Assembly (NCBI GenBank): GCA_010015585.1
Contig: ML975182.1
Strand: one strand, 5' to 3'
DNA from: Eremomyces bilateralis CBS 781.70
Taxonomy: Eukaryota
Length of the DNA: 60,742 nucleotides
Shown: piece by piece, positions 1 to 12,395 of the stretch
Numbering within the stretch: position 1 is the stretch's first letter
How the letters are laid out: every line of letters begins with the position of its first letter
The notes under the pieces: generated by a model
Told to the model about the DNA's origin: nothing
Databases searched by the model: none
Seen by the model: the letters and a program-made list of their open reading frames with translations, nothing else
Program-made: the position numbers and the translations under genes

Positions 1-131
1 GGCGTGGGCGGCGTGGCGCGTGCTGGCGTGTTTACATCGGAGTAGATGTCTCCAAGCATCAGGTCGAGATATTGGCAAGTCTCACAGACATCTTTGGATA
101 AAGTTCGTCGCAATTATAATAGCCTAGATCT

Positions 132-1268
132 ATGGTACCTTTGATCCATTCTCAAATTCCAAGCTGCTGCTCACCATTCCACTGCTAGGCTCCGAAGTCA
201 TCCAAGCGGAAGCACATCGACCATGACGAAGTCGCGTCAGGAACGGTCGCATCGACGCGATCATCCGCCCATGAACGCGTAAAGAAGCGCAAGAAGCAGG
301 ATGCTACCCGAAAAAATGAATCCATACAGTCTAAATCGATCGTCTCAGCCAAAGAATCAAACAAATCAAGCGCCCCAGAACCCACCTTCCGACGACCGTT
401 CTCTCCTCCCACCGTTGCGCATAAGAAGACTACAAATTCCTACTTAACCCAAAAGACCCGCTACATCCCACAGTCCACCCTCACGTCGAAATGGGCACCA
501 CTCACCACTCCTGCACAAAACGCAGTAAAGACGCTCCTCGCGTCGTCGGCACGGACGGTGATCCAATCACAACCACAGAACCGGCAAAAGGAGGCCGACG
601 ATGTGCTTCGAGGCGTGTTGAAGAAGCTCGAGCGACAAATTCCACGAATACCGTTTCCGAAAGGGCGCGCCGGGAACAAAGGGGAGGCATTCGTAAGAGA
701 GATGCTGGACAAGCGGAGAGCGGATCTGGAAGCCCAGCTGACGAGTGTGGAACATGCGATGCTGTTGGTGGAGGAGGAGATAGGGAGGGAAGAAGAGACG
801 TTGGAGGTCGAGAGGGAGGCGTTGGCGAGTTTGGAGAAGAATGAGAAGGCGGAGATACGGACGTGGAAGGCGGAGGAGCGGAGGGTGAGCACGACTTGAT
901 GCATTTTTTTGTTGCAACCAGAACGCTGACTCCGAGAACAGATTCCTCTTGATCTTCGAACTTTCTTGGAACCGAGCAGCATGGTGCCGGAGATGCTTGG
1001 CGACAAACCACTTCCGCCTGCGAAAATTGTGCGCGGGCGCGATTACTGCGCACTCGACACATATGTTGCGAAGGAGAATAATGATCCGAACTTGGCTCCG
1101 ATTCTGCAGCAACTGCAAAGCCATTTGGATAGCCTGCATGCGAACAGCGAACAGGTCCAAGACATCTCCAACACCATCGACCGCGCACAGGCATCGCTGG
1201 AGGAAGTCATGTATCAGACGAAAGGCGAAGACGCTCTATTGGGCTGGATTGGTTCGATAGGGACGTAA
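132..1268 (+). CDS. Kinetochore protein CENP-Q/Fta7 (Okp1)-like; 3 exons (132-134, 189-884, 942-1268)
   Basis: ATG followed by GTACCT...CTAG intron, then an open frame APKSSKRK...RYIPQSTLTSKWAPL...LKKLERQIPRIPFPKG and a coiled-coil (LEAQLTSVEHAMLLVEEEIGREEETL). Intron 885-941 (GTGAGC...GCTGAC...CAG) joins the frame ending DPNLAPILQQLQSHLDSL. Motifs recalled from fungal CENP-Q. Confidence 0.75.
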
Positions 1269-2492
1269 GTGAGGCTGAAATCCTGAGTGCCGCAGGACCA
1301 AGAAGTCGCACAAAGGACTAGGATTTGTCCCAGGACTTTCTAGTATTGCATTGGGATATCAATATATCGGCGCAACCGAAGCACTGCATTTGGGTGGCTG
1401 CATGGCGTGTGGGGTGTGGTCCTAGGAGGTCAGGTTTTCTGCCTACTTCAGGACATGATTGACATCCAATGGCGGATCGAATCATGATCGAGTACTTTAT
1501 GATTTCAGTCGACCTCTCAAATTCGTTCGAATCATCCGAGGAAGTCAATGAATTGCTAATGACTGAATGAGAATTATGAATTTGTCGACTCCGTGTCAAC
1601 CAGCGCAAGTGCGCAACAAGTTTTACAAATTAACAAATACCTCCATCAGAATCAATACCAAGTCTCTCAAGTCATGATGTCCAAAATATTCTATTTTAAT
1701 CCCCGATTGGATGCATCATGGCCAATTTATGGTCGCAATGTGTCTCGTGTCAAATAGGAAGTACAATTCTATTGTATTGCCTTCACTACAAGCAACTGTT
1801 GTGTGCTGATATCCCCTTCCTTTTAACTGGCTCCAAACCTTTGGATCCATGCTATTTGCGGCCTAGCTTGTGTCACTTTTTAGTTTCATTTGTAATCGGA
1901 TCGGGTCGTCGCTGAACGGAAACCAGCATAAGAACGGACTCGTGGCCAGAGGAAGCAGCAAATAACATGTGTATATCGAGTCATATTCATGAAGATGTTC
2001 AGACCGCCTTGATACCTGTACGTACCATACATACCAAGGTCCTAGGCAACCCGTTATGTCTCCTGATGTAGCCGGATATTATCGGACTAGTTTGGCGCAA
2101 GAATGGAAGCTCCTCGGCTCGGTTGACATGGGGAATATGGCATCAACCTGAACCGCCATCGCGGGGCGCCGAACTAGACCCACTTCTGTTCTGTACATCA
2201 CAAGCAACGAACATGGACCTTCGCCTGCAGGACTTTATGTCATCCATCGCAATTCGAAATCTTCTCCAATTCTCGCCCATTGCACAGCATCTGCAGAACC
2301 TTCCCACTATTGATCGAGCTCAGCTCCCGACGTGATTTCGCTCCTCGACCAACCTTTACCCGCCGTCGCTCCATGCGCAACCCCGAAACGCCGGTTCTGT
2401 GCGCAACTCCTACTCCCGTTCGCCCGGACTGCGAACTCTCGCTCTTCCATCGTGCTGCGCTTCCCCGTCACTAGGTCGAGGAGAAGTCTTGG

Positions 2493-4785
2493 ATGGTCGA
2501 GGCGATATTGAGGCCCGAGTCGAAGGCATCCAATGGAACACGAACGGTTATGATAACCGCACGGTCGGATCGAGGGGAGGATCCAAAGAGCGCTCGCTCT
2601 CCATCCGTGTCGGACAAGAGTGCTCGTCGCGGGTCGTCCACGGGCGCGGACGCGACTGCTGGGAAGAATGCGAAGACGAAGAAGAGACGCAAGGTCAATC
2701 ATGGTATGACGAAGTTCCTTCGCGATTGTGGTTCGAATGTCGCGACAGATTGGAGCTTCGGTGTAACAGTGGCTGACTTCTTTTCTGCGGGAACTAGCTT
2801 GCATCTATTGCAGACGCTCGGTGAGCCTAAATCCTCCGATTCCCCTAGACGAGGTGCCTTTCACGCAAGGGCTCTCTCCTGGGGTCATCCATATCTGTAT
2901 TAAGACACCTGAACTGACAACAAACGTCTGGAAATAGCATATGACATGCGATCTGGTAGGTACCTGCAGATAGCCGTGCCATCCCTTCTTCCCAATTGAA
3001 AAACAGTGACTAATTGAGTTGTCTTTCCCCTTGATTGCAGAATCGACCATGCAACCGATGCGTCAAGCGAAGTATTGGTCATCTTTGCCACGACGAGCCT
3101 CGAGAGCCGGCGAAGAAGAAGGCGGATAGTGCAAACGGCGCTTCTTCCCGTGATGGTGATGGCTCGAAAACATCCCACTCACCCGATGCGAAGGTCAATA
3201 CGCTAGACAATCCTAACGCACCGGTGCCTGATGCAGGGCTGAACATTGCTGCGTCTTCGTTACCTCAGAATGGTGTCGGCAACACCAGCACTATCGTACA
3301 GCCGTCTCCCATATCTGCCCCAGGGGGTGTGTTGGAGAGTAATAACCAGTCCTGTAAGTTTCACCGCTGAAATCGAATTCGCTTTCCCTAGTCTCCTTCG
3401 TAACTCCTAACTCTGTCTTTTCGTCGATGAGTATTCTTATCGTTCTGATCATAATATTTACTATTTTAATGTCTAATACACTCCAGTCCCCCAGCTAGGT
3501 GACTGGAACTTCGGCGGGGGTAGTGCTCAAAGTCACTCCCATGGTTTCCAGGACATGCATAGTTACCCTCAGTATCTATTCAACACGTCCGAGATCACGA
3601 ACGAGTATAATCTCCTGAACGACTTCCTCTCCAACAGTCTAGTTGACGACGCAGTGCCTTTCGGAAATGAAGCGACCATGGATCCTAGCAGCATGAACCT
3701 CTTTTCCGACCCATCTCTCAGCATGAACAACCTAGCTCGCCAAAGCACCTCCCACTCTCTCAACCCGAATCAACTCCATGCACAGCCGCAAGATCACCGG
3801 CAACAGGCGTCGCAAGCAGCTTCGAACCAGATGCTGCCACCGGCGCATGCAGCTGCTGGATCAGCCATTTCCCGTCCATCATCCGCCTATCCCTTTGACA
3901 AAGCTCGAGAAGCCTACTATCTTGTAGCCGCCGATCCTGCCGGTAACGATACGGCCGAAGAGCGATTGAAGAAGTTGTTGAAAGCGAAGTACGATGCGGG
4001 GCTCCTAAGACCCTTCAATTACGTCAAGGGCTATGCGCGGCTGAATCAGTTTATGGAGCGAAATCTCGCCCCGGTCTCTCGGCAGAAGATTCTTAAGCAG
4101 CTCGAGAAGTTCCGGCCAGCGTTTAGAGAACGGGTTCAGAAGCTCACGGATCTCGAGCTGGTCCTCGTGGAGATGTGGTTCGAGAGGAGTTTGATGGAGT
4201 ATGATCGCGTTTTTGCAAGCATGAGTATCCCGGCATGCTGTTGGCGGCGGACTGGGGAAATATTCCGAGGGAACAAGGAAATGGCGGAGTTGATTAAAGT
4301 TCCTTTGGACCGGTTACGAGATGTAAGCTTGCCTGTCGAGCTTCTATATGCAAGTCTTCGATTCTAACGATATTCTGACCTGCGTTCTAGGGCAAAATCG
4401 CCATCCACGAAATCTTTGTTGAAAACTCCCTAGTTTCGTACTGGGAAAAGTTTGGTGCCATCGCGTTCGATGCTTCACAGAAGGCCATCCTAACGTCTTG
4501 CTCGCTGAAGAATCCAGGCTCGGGAACAGGGACTACCGGGAATACGGGCAGCACCCAAAATATGGGTTCCACTGCTTTGGCGCAACTGCATGGGGAGACG
4601 GTGCCTGATGCGGGGTCTGGTACTTCGGAGATCAGATGTTGCTTTAGTTTCACGATAAAGCGGGATCCGCATAACATGTGAGTGCGTTCGGTTTGCGAGT
4701 GGACTAGCAGCTAACGATCGTGAATAGTCCGGCGTTGATTGTGGGAAACTTTCTACCTATTCTGCCATCCCATTCGACTCAGTGA
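2493..4785 (+). CDS. acuM: Zn2Cys6 transcription activator of gluconeogenesis, AcuM/Rds2 type (start codon uncertain; 7 exons)
   Basis: Spliced Zn cluster KRRKVNHACIYCRRSHMTCDLNRPCNRCVKRSIGHLCHDEPRE built from micro-exons 2798-2820 and 2938-2955. The C-terminal PAS-like region has LLRPFNYVKGYARL, FERSLMEYDRVF, PACCWRRTGEIFRGN, SYWEKFGAIAFD and CCFSFTIKRD...IVGNFLP. Confidence 0.88.
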
Positions 4786-5437
4786 CTAGAGGAGAGGGAA
4801 GGTTAGGTAAATAAAACGTCGATGGCACGATGACATGATTAGGCTCTTTGCAAGACTGCCTGTAAGTACCTTAGGTGTAGAAGACGATGGCTCACAGCGG
4901 ATATGCCTCGCAATTGCTGGAATTGAGTCTGTAGTGACTGAGAAGGGTCGTCCTCTGCGATGCATGAATTGCTACTGTATATTTTCTTCAAGGCAGCATT
5001 TTCCTGACCTGCGCTCGTTCAACTTTCATTCCTTCCTCATTGACCGCTGTTGTCAAACCATTGTATCTCTATCTGTGCTTACTGATCTTCGGGGACAAAG
5101 AAGGCACGTTGATTGGAGAGCTGTATGACACGACGCGTCCATTGATATCCCTAAAGCATGGCTACTCGTTCGTATGGTGTTTGAATATTTCTACAAATCG
5201 ATATCGTTGTCCTTTTCCATCAGGTCAGGTGATTGTGTGTCGCTTCCGTCCATCTCGATGTCATCATCATTTTAAGGTTAGTTGGGCCAACTTTATTTCG
5301 ACCTCCACACATCTGGGACGCGTTCGTGTCTAACAAGGTTCAATCGTTCTGAAAGTGATTTTCTCCGTCCTAGTTCATTCTCCATGGCCTGATAGAAAAC
5401 GTGTCGCCTTGCCCTGTCTCCGGACACATAGTCAGCC

Positions 5438-8400
5438 ATGCCTCGTCTAGGCCCCGTGACTCGGGAACCACGGCGCCCGACTAGACCGCCTACCCAGAAG
5501 ACTCCTGTGTTCAGTGCGGCCAAGTTAGAGAAAGAGAAGAAGGTTAAGAATATTCTCGGTGATTGCTCAAACTTCCTCCCGTGAGTCAATATCGAGAGCA
5601 AACTAATGATGTGTCGTACGGACAGATTTTGCCAGTGACCTTCGAATGCGACTATCCGAAGACCTGGTCTCAAATTTGCGAACAAAGGATGGGGCACTTC
5701 TAGATCTTGTATCTGACCTCAAACGCTATATTAAGCCACTTCCACTTTCCACGACTTCAGCAGCATCCAAGAAAGCCGAGTTTGATATCCTCGGCACGGA
5801 TCTATGGAATCTAGCAACGCAACTCAAACGGAGCTGGGATGGCTGGAATTATGAAGCCTCGAAAGACGACACCACGGTTGATGGTAGTCGATCCAATCCA
5901 ATATTTGAGGCTCTAACGTGCCATATTCGAGTCTTCTCATTCCTATTGATCGACACCGGATGCATGCCGCAAGTTGAGAAGGAACTCAACGATCCTAGCC
6001 GTTTCCTCAGACTTGTGGGGATTTCTATCAAATCTGGCAGGACCTGCTTATTATGCAGTGAGCTTGAACTAGCCCTTGTTTCCCTCGAACGCGCAGCTGC
6101 CTGCTTGCAAGTGCTACATGATGTGGAGAAAGTATCTGGGGGAAGTAGTAGCAGGGAAAATCTTGACCCAGAGGATAAGCTATTGCTAGGAAGATACTCG
6201 GCAGAGTATTATGGCCTGAGAATCATGTTGGTAAGTATCAAGCGAACCTTTCAGGGGCACAATGTGATCCTGACGACTCTAGGCATGGAGGCAAGATCGA
6301 CTGGACATCGCGGAGCATATGTACGCTGAGCTCCAACAGTCGACCGAATCCCCCGCTGCATCACTTACTCCACCATCTGCGGAAGCCCTTGCGGACATGT
6401 TCCACACGATTGGTCGATCCCTACTTCATAACCGCACGTTCTCCCCAGCAATCGAATGGCTGACACGCGCGCGAGATACACTACTGTCGCAACCCGTTGA
6501 ACGCCTCTCAATAACTGCTAGCGAGCTAAAGCTAGCAGTTCTACATGATTTGGTCAAAGCATTTCTAGCGGAATGCTCCGCAGACTCGAAGGACAAGGCG
6601 GAGAATACACTTGCAATGATTGAGAGGGAGCATGGAGGGAAGCTGGCATGGATGCTTCTAAAGCTTGACATGCTTAAGTTGCAGGAAGGGAGAGATATCG
6701 CCGACCGATACTATGAGGGTAGGGTGGTGGGATGCTCAATTGAGTCATTGACTAACAGCAATTGTAGTCCTTCTGAGGATTATCGAGAGCGTAATCCTCA
6801 CAGAAAACATATTCAGAATGTAAGATCTTAAGGAGCGCTGTGGTAGGAACCATACTAACTCCTTACAGGATCATCCATCGATGGCACGAATTGAAGACTT
6901 TAAGGCAAGTTTGGATGGTTTCTGTCGGAGTCTTTTGCTAACTAACCTACCAGCCCAATCCTTGCTCAAAGAGCACTGGATGACTTGCTGGACTTGCGCC
7001 TTTATGCTACAGACAACACGGATAGAATTGAGCGAATTGTAGTCATGCGGGTATGGGTCTCAATGAGTTCTCCTGAAGTCAACGAATCAGTGACAGCTTT
7101 TCACACCTTCCTTGAGTCTGTCCTTCGAAACGTGAAGGGACCGTTTAGTGCTCAAGCGGCACATGCTGCACAGATGGTCGGTTACTGAGAATACGCAAGG
7201 ATTAGTTATTTGCTAATATTTAACAGTTGATATGGAAGAAAATCGAGAGTTGCTTCAGTGGAGGTGCCTATCGAGAATGCAAAGATTGGTGTCAAAGCGC
7301 AGGCCACCACCTCTTCAGTCAGACCGGAGACTTGAATAGATCCACAGTCCTACGGTAATTGAAAGTCGCTCAATCGGCTACGTGGTATGCTGACCCGGCC
7401 AAGGAAACTCATGATATGCGAAATCAAATGCAAGCAATTCAAAGAAGCGAAGGATGTCTACCAAGCGATGCCCCAGTCCGGTCGCGATGCTCTGACCACG
7501 CAGTATCTGCTATATAAGATTGCAATTCAGGAAGGAAATTCGGAGATTGGTAAAGAAACGAGGTACAATTATGTTAAGACGGATCTTACTGACTTCATTC
7601 AGCTGCCGAGTGCCTTGACAAGATTTGTCGCCAGTCTCATAAGGACAAGACCTTGCTCTTCGCATGTGTGGCTGATGCCCAAGAGACGGGAGAGAAAAGT
7701 CAGGCAATCCATGCCTTGCACAAGGTATTGGAGAAGTATGACTACAAGAGCCCAGGCGGCGTCCATCTACCTGCACTTCTTAGGTATGATTCTTCAAAGT
7801 CTCAACCTGACTAATCCGACTGATGTTAACAGGTGTACCATACGACTGATCTCAGGGGAGATCTTCGATGATCTCAAGAAGAATAGCATTCTACTTGAAG
7901 ATCTATGCTATACTTATGAGTCTGGTAAGATATAGACTTGACGTTTTGCCGAGCAGCCGCTGACATTATCTAGCATTCTCGCATGTCGAGAAGCAACGCA
8001 AGTCAGCCGGCGATGATAAGGCTGGAACTTTCACACTTGATGAACTTGAATGGTTCGCAAAGAGCTCGTACAATGCCGCTGTGAAGCTCTGTAGTCACAT
8101 TGATCCCAACTTCCTATCCCGGCTTCTGGACTCGTGCGTTGAATTCATAGATGGCCACATCAAAGCTTCCAATTCAGTCAAATCGGACTTCGGGGTTCGA
8201 AAGCTCCATGCTACGTACCTTGCCGCATCCGCACATCTAGTTTTGGCGCGAGGAGAAGACGACATCGAACTGAGCAAGAAACATTACCTTTCGGTGCGGG
8301 ATTACTCCTCATCATATTACCAATTATTTGCAGCGGACACGGAGCCCCTCAATATTTCCGCCGAGATGCAGAAAGACCTCATATTCAAGCAATTCCACCT

Positions 8401-9064
8401 CCTGAAATTCTCCCTGGAGGCTTGTCTTTATCTCTCGGACTGGACGACAATCGACACCCTATTCAGTCTTGCCCTCAAACTCCCGCAATCTCGACAGACC
8501 GGCCAGGATGATTGGACCGCGCAGTGGCAAACCTTAGGTGACCTAACCCTTCACCTCCAGGCCCAAGCTGCGAATCAAGGTGTTGATATCACCACGCGAA
8601 CCAAGTTCCTCAAGTACCTCCAGGCCATTATGAACCGCCTCCGACAATCACCTAGTAGCGTTACCGCTCGACAGCACATCGCACGATGGCTGCGATGCAT
8701 GTTCCAAGCCGCTCAATCAATCGACCAGGAGATGGCTGTGAAGGTGCTGGAGCAAGCGGGGGTTCTTGCGCGAGAGTGGAGTGTCGCGAAGGGAGACAGC
8801 GAGGGCCGGATGGAAGGTAAGGAAAGAGACAAGCCAGTTTTTCCGCAGGAAGAGATGGAGTGGCTCGTCGCTACGTCGTTTAATTGGGCGGTGGATGCGT
8901 ACTGCGGTGGCGACAATGGGGCGTGCCAGAAGTGGGGTGAGGCGGCGTTAGGGTTGGCGGATGCTTTGGCGAGTAGTGGTGAAGGCGGAAAGAGATTGCT
9001 AAAGGAGGTGCAGGAGAGGTATAAGAAGCTGAGGTGGACGCAGGAGGATGAGATGGTGGAGTAG
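5438..9064 (+). CDS. SPO22: Meiosis-specific TPR-like protein SPO22/ZIP4; 11 exons predicted
   Basis: Motifs FDILGTDLWNLAT, AWRQDRLDIAEHMY, LADMFHTIG, QAAHAAQMLIWKKIE, ELEWFAKSSYN and EEMEWLVATSFNWAVD. Ten introns can be placed by hand while keeping one frame. Confidence 0.88.
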
Positions 9065-9377
9065 GCGGGACTCCAGGAACGGCAACAATCGGGGTATCAC
9101 GGCTGAGTCGGAGAGGGATGTTGAAGATTGTTGATTTCGTTATGGTTCGTCCTGGTCAGTCAAGACTGTAGAATTACGAGGAGAGATGTAGCACTTGCTT
9201 GTCCGACCCATGATTAGCGCCCCTGCTGGTTCCATCCCTCTGATTTCAATGTTCACGATCCCCAAACTCCTGTCTTTATACATTACTTCATGATTCCCGT
9301 CCTGTAACCGTTGATATCGTGCGCCAGCTCATCCCGAGTGCATTCCAGAAAGGAACGTGTCACTCTCGCTTTGGGTC

Positions 9378-10928
9378 TCAATCTATGACCCTCCGTCCTC
9401 CTTCAAGTCGCTCGACCGAGGACCCCTGCACTACAGTTGGAAGGTGATTCGTGGTTCCAAGAATCACACTCCCCGTGGTAGAGCCATCAACCGATCCGGT
9501 GTTGAAGCTCAGTGTCACATCGGCCATTTCCACATCAGCCTTGGCAGTTGTAGATGTGGCCCCATCGGCAGGTGATCCCTGATGAGCCATGGACATGCGC
9601 AATTCCACCTGCCAGTCCATCTCCACCCCACTGTCCCTACCAAACCGCCTCATCTCCAGCATCACCTCCCGAATCGCTCTATTCAACGCCTCTCTCAGCT
9701 CCGTCGTCGTCACCGCCTCGAGCTCCATCCTCTCCCAGGCACCGACCAGCTTCTCCAACCACTCTCGTTCCTCAACCATCCAGTACTCTTCTCCCCGATG
9801 GTTCCTCCAGACATCGTTCCAACCGTCTCCGGGGACTGCGCGGTACTCGCTGCGGAATCTCGACTTCGGTGGGCCATCTGTCCGCATTACGAGCCAGCCC
9901 TCCGTGGCGCGTAGATCCGTGCCGTTGAGGAATACCATTCGTTGGACGATGCTACGCGGAATGGGTTCGAGCCAGGTGCGGTGTGTGAGCGCAACGGTGG
10001 CGTCGGAGCGGAGGATGGTGCCGAATTTCGAGGTAAATACGACATCTGGCGAGGAGTCACTTGTCGTCAAGAGATGGCCAGGCACGGTAATTGAGGCAGG
10101 AGGGGGGGCGGTGTTGCTAGGAAGCGGAGTGAACGGCGTGGTCCCGGTGAGGATAGGGGCGGGTTGGGGGTTTGGATGGCTCGGAAATTGTGACGTGTAG
10201 TGCCACTGGAAGCTCATAGGGATGTAGTTGGTAGCGAGGGTGAGGGCTCCGGTATTTGACGTGTAGGGGAATATAGGGTTGTAGTAGTGGTAGTGACCGG
10301 ATTGAGGGGTCGGAGGTCCGGTCGAGGACTCCTGAGGGGCCGGCTTGACGGGCTCGAGGGAGGGGTTGAATGAGAAGACGAGGACGCGAAGGTCAGATAT
10401 GTTGATCCCAAGTGCAGAGAGGGCTCTTGCAATTCGGTGTTGATCAAGTTGCCAGGTATGGTTGGCATGGAAGGAGATGCGCCGGATGAGAGCAGCATTG
10501 CGCTTCCCAATGCAGTGGTCGAAGGACGCAGTATAGATGGGTTTGAAGCCGATAGAACCTGTATCGAAAGCATAAACATGTCAGCGACCATTCTCATAAC
10601 TTTCGATGACGTTCAGGCAATCATCAAGAATTCACATACCGAGATGGAAACTGTTCTCTCCATACAGGACCGGGCTTCCCTCTTGGTGCAACAGACGACA
10701 GGTGGCCAGTATCGACGAATGGATGGACTTGTGTGGCCCCAGGCTGAAGAGGTTATGGTGTCCCAAACGAAATGAAGTATCCGAAACCAACAACTCTTGG
10801 AATATCTGCCTTCTAACCTCCTCGGGTAGATCTAGCAAGCTAGGATGGTGATTGTGATGTTCCTCTTGCAGATAGGCTCTCTCGCAATGTTTCTCGTCCG
10901 GTCGGGTTCCGTCATCGAAGTTCATCAT
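9378..10928 (-). CDS. Hypothetical protein with N-terminal F-box-like motif (2 exons, intron ~10560-10638)
   Basis: Exon 1 has SLLDLPEEVRRQIFQELLVS...SILATCRLLHQEGSPVLYGENSF. After a GTATGT...CAG intron the frame (GSIGFKPIYTASFDHCIGKRNAALIRRI...) runs without stops into ORF 9378-10217. Confidence 0.65.
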
Positions 10929-12395
10929 GTGTGATATGCGCTAAAATTCGCTGCCCGTCGCCAGTTCCTGTACAGTCGCAATTGTGGCGATTGATGGTAG
11001 TGGTAGACATGGAGATGTGACCGGGAGGCCGTGAGAGCGAAGTGATTCGAAGCGAGCGTGACCATGGAGCAAGTTGAAATTGGTTGTGGAAGTGGAAGAT
11101 TGGGGGATGAGACAGGAGCGGACCACGATTCGCGTCCAGGTAGATGAGGGAGCTAGATGAAGAGGGCTGTGTCTGGTATCATCAGAAGTGTTCGGCGTCG
11201 CAGGAGGGAAATTGCCTGGTGAGATTACAGGTATACCCACGTGACCTCCAATTCAATGACATGTCTCATCTGAGCGACACCTGAGCGACTCAACGTCTTT
11301 CAAAGATCTTTCAATTGTATCATGTTGCATCTCATTTAACCTGCCGTCCAATGTACGGACCGATCTGCCCAGTGCTCACAACCTGTACGACACTAGTCAC
11401 TCACACTACGACTCGGTCTTGCATTGATGGCCGTCATCATGCTGTACTTAATACTACCACCAGACCCAACGATATATGGGAATCGTGGGGGGCAGTGCAA
11501 TACTGAAAACCGAGAAGAGAATACAATAGCAGATCCTACTTGGACTTTGAAGACTAACTAGGAAATATCATCCTAGGTATTCCGTACTTGGTATGAATTC
11601 TCGTGTACAGATTATTAACATCTAAGCAAGACTCCACTAGTTACCGATTCATTGATTAGATTTGCTGAAATCTCACAAAGAGTTTATGGTGTCAACTGAT
11701 TCCCACGTTCTGGTCAGATCCTGGGGTAGGTGCCGAAGATTGTTCCTTTATTCTCATGATATATAAAATGACATCTAATATGGCCAGTATGGCCCTGCTA
11801 AGGTTACATGTTAAGTAATATGTCCCTAACTAAACAATGAGGCGCCTATTTCTATACGGTCGCCAAGATGTCACAATGGTAATTGGATCAAGATTTCGCA
11901 TTCGGAAATGACAGGCTAAGGTACAAACAAAAGAAGAGCAACGGACATCGAAGTTCAACCCTATTCATTCGCGTCAGACCTTGGGCAATTGGGCATCCCT
12001 CACGGGTCATGCCAAGCAAACATGCAGGAACACCACCAAACCAGACGATGAACAACGCAATTCTTACCGTTCTTAATATGTACATTCGGAGATCGCCACC
12101 ACTTCCACAGCCATCCTTTCCTGGTCCTCCCCGCCAATGACATTGTGGACCTTGGATTTGACTGTGTTCATTCGCTGTTTCCACTCGAACCCCTCACTCA
12201 ATAATCAGCCTGCCAGATGAACAAGTTTCGAGGCCGGGTCGAGTCAAAATTCCTGCGTGCACGTCAACTGATAACACCCGGAGCTCTCACCGAATCTAAA
12301 CCTGGTGCTTCGCAACCGGATCATCATCATCAGGGAGAACCAAAGGATACAGTTTGGAACGAAGGGATCTCCATTATGGCACTGCGTGACTAAAT

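Noticed and set aside
1..35. GGCGTG iterations and a forkhead-like TGTTTAC upstream of the kinetochore gene
   Set aside because: Short motifs at the window edge; cannot be distinguished from chance.
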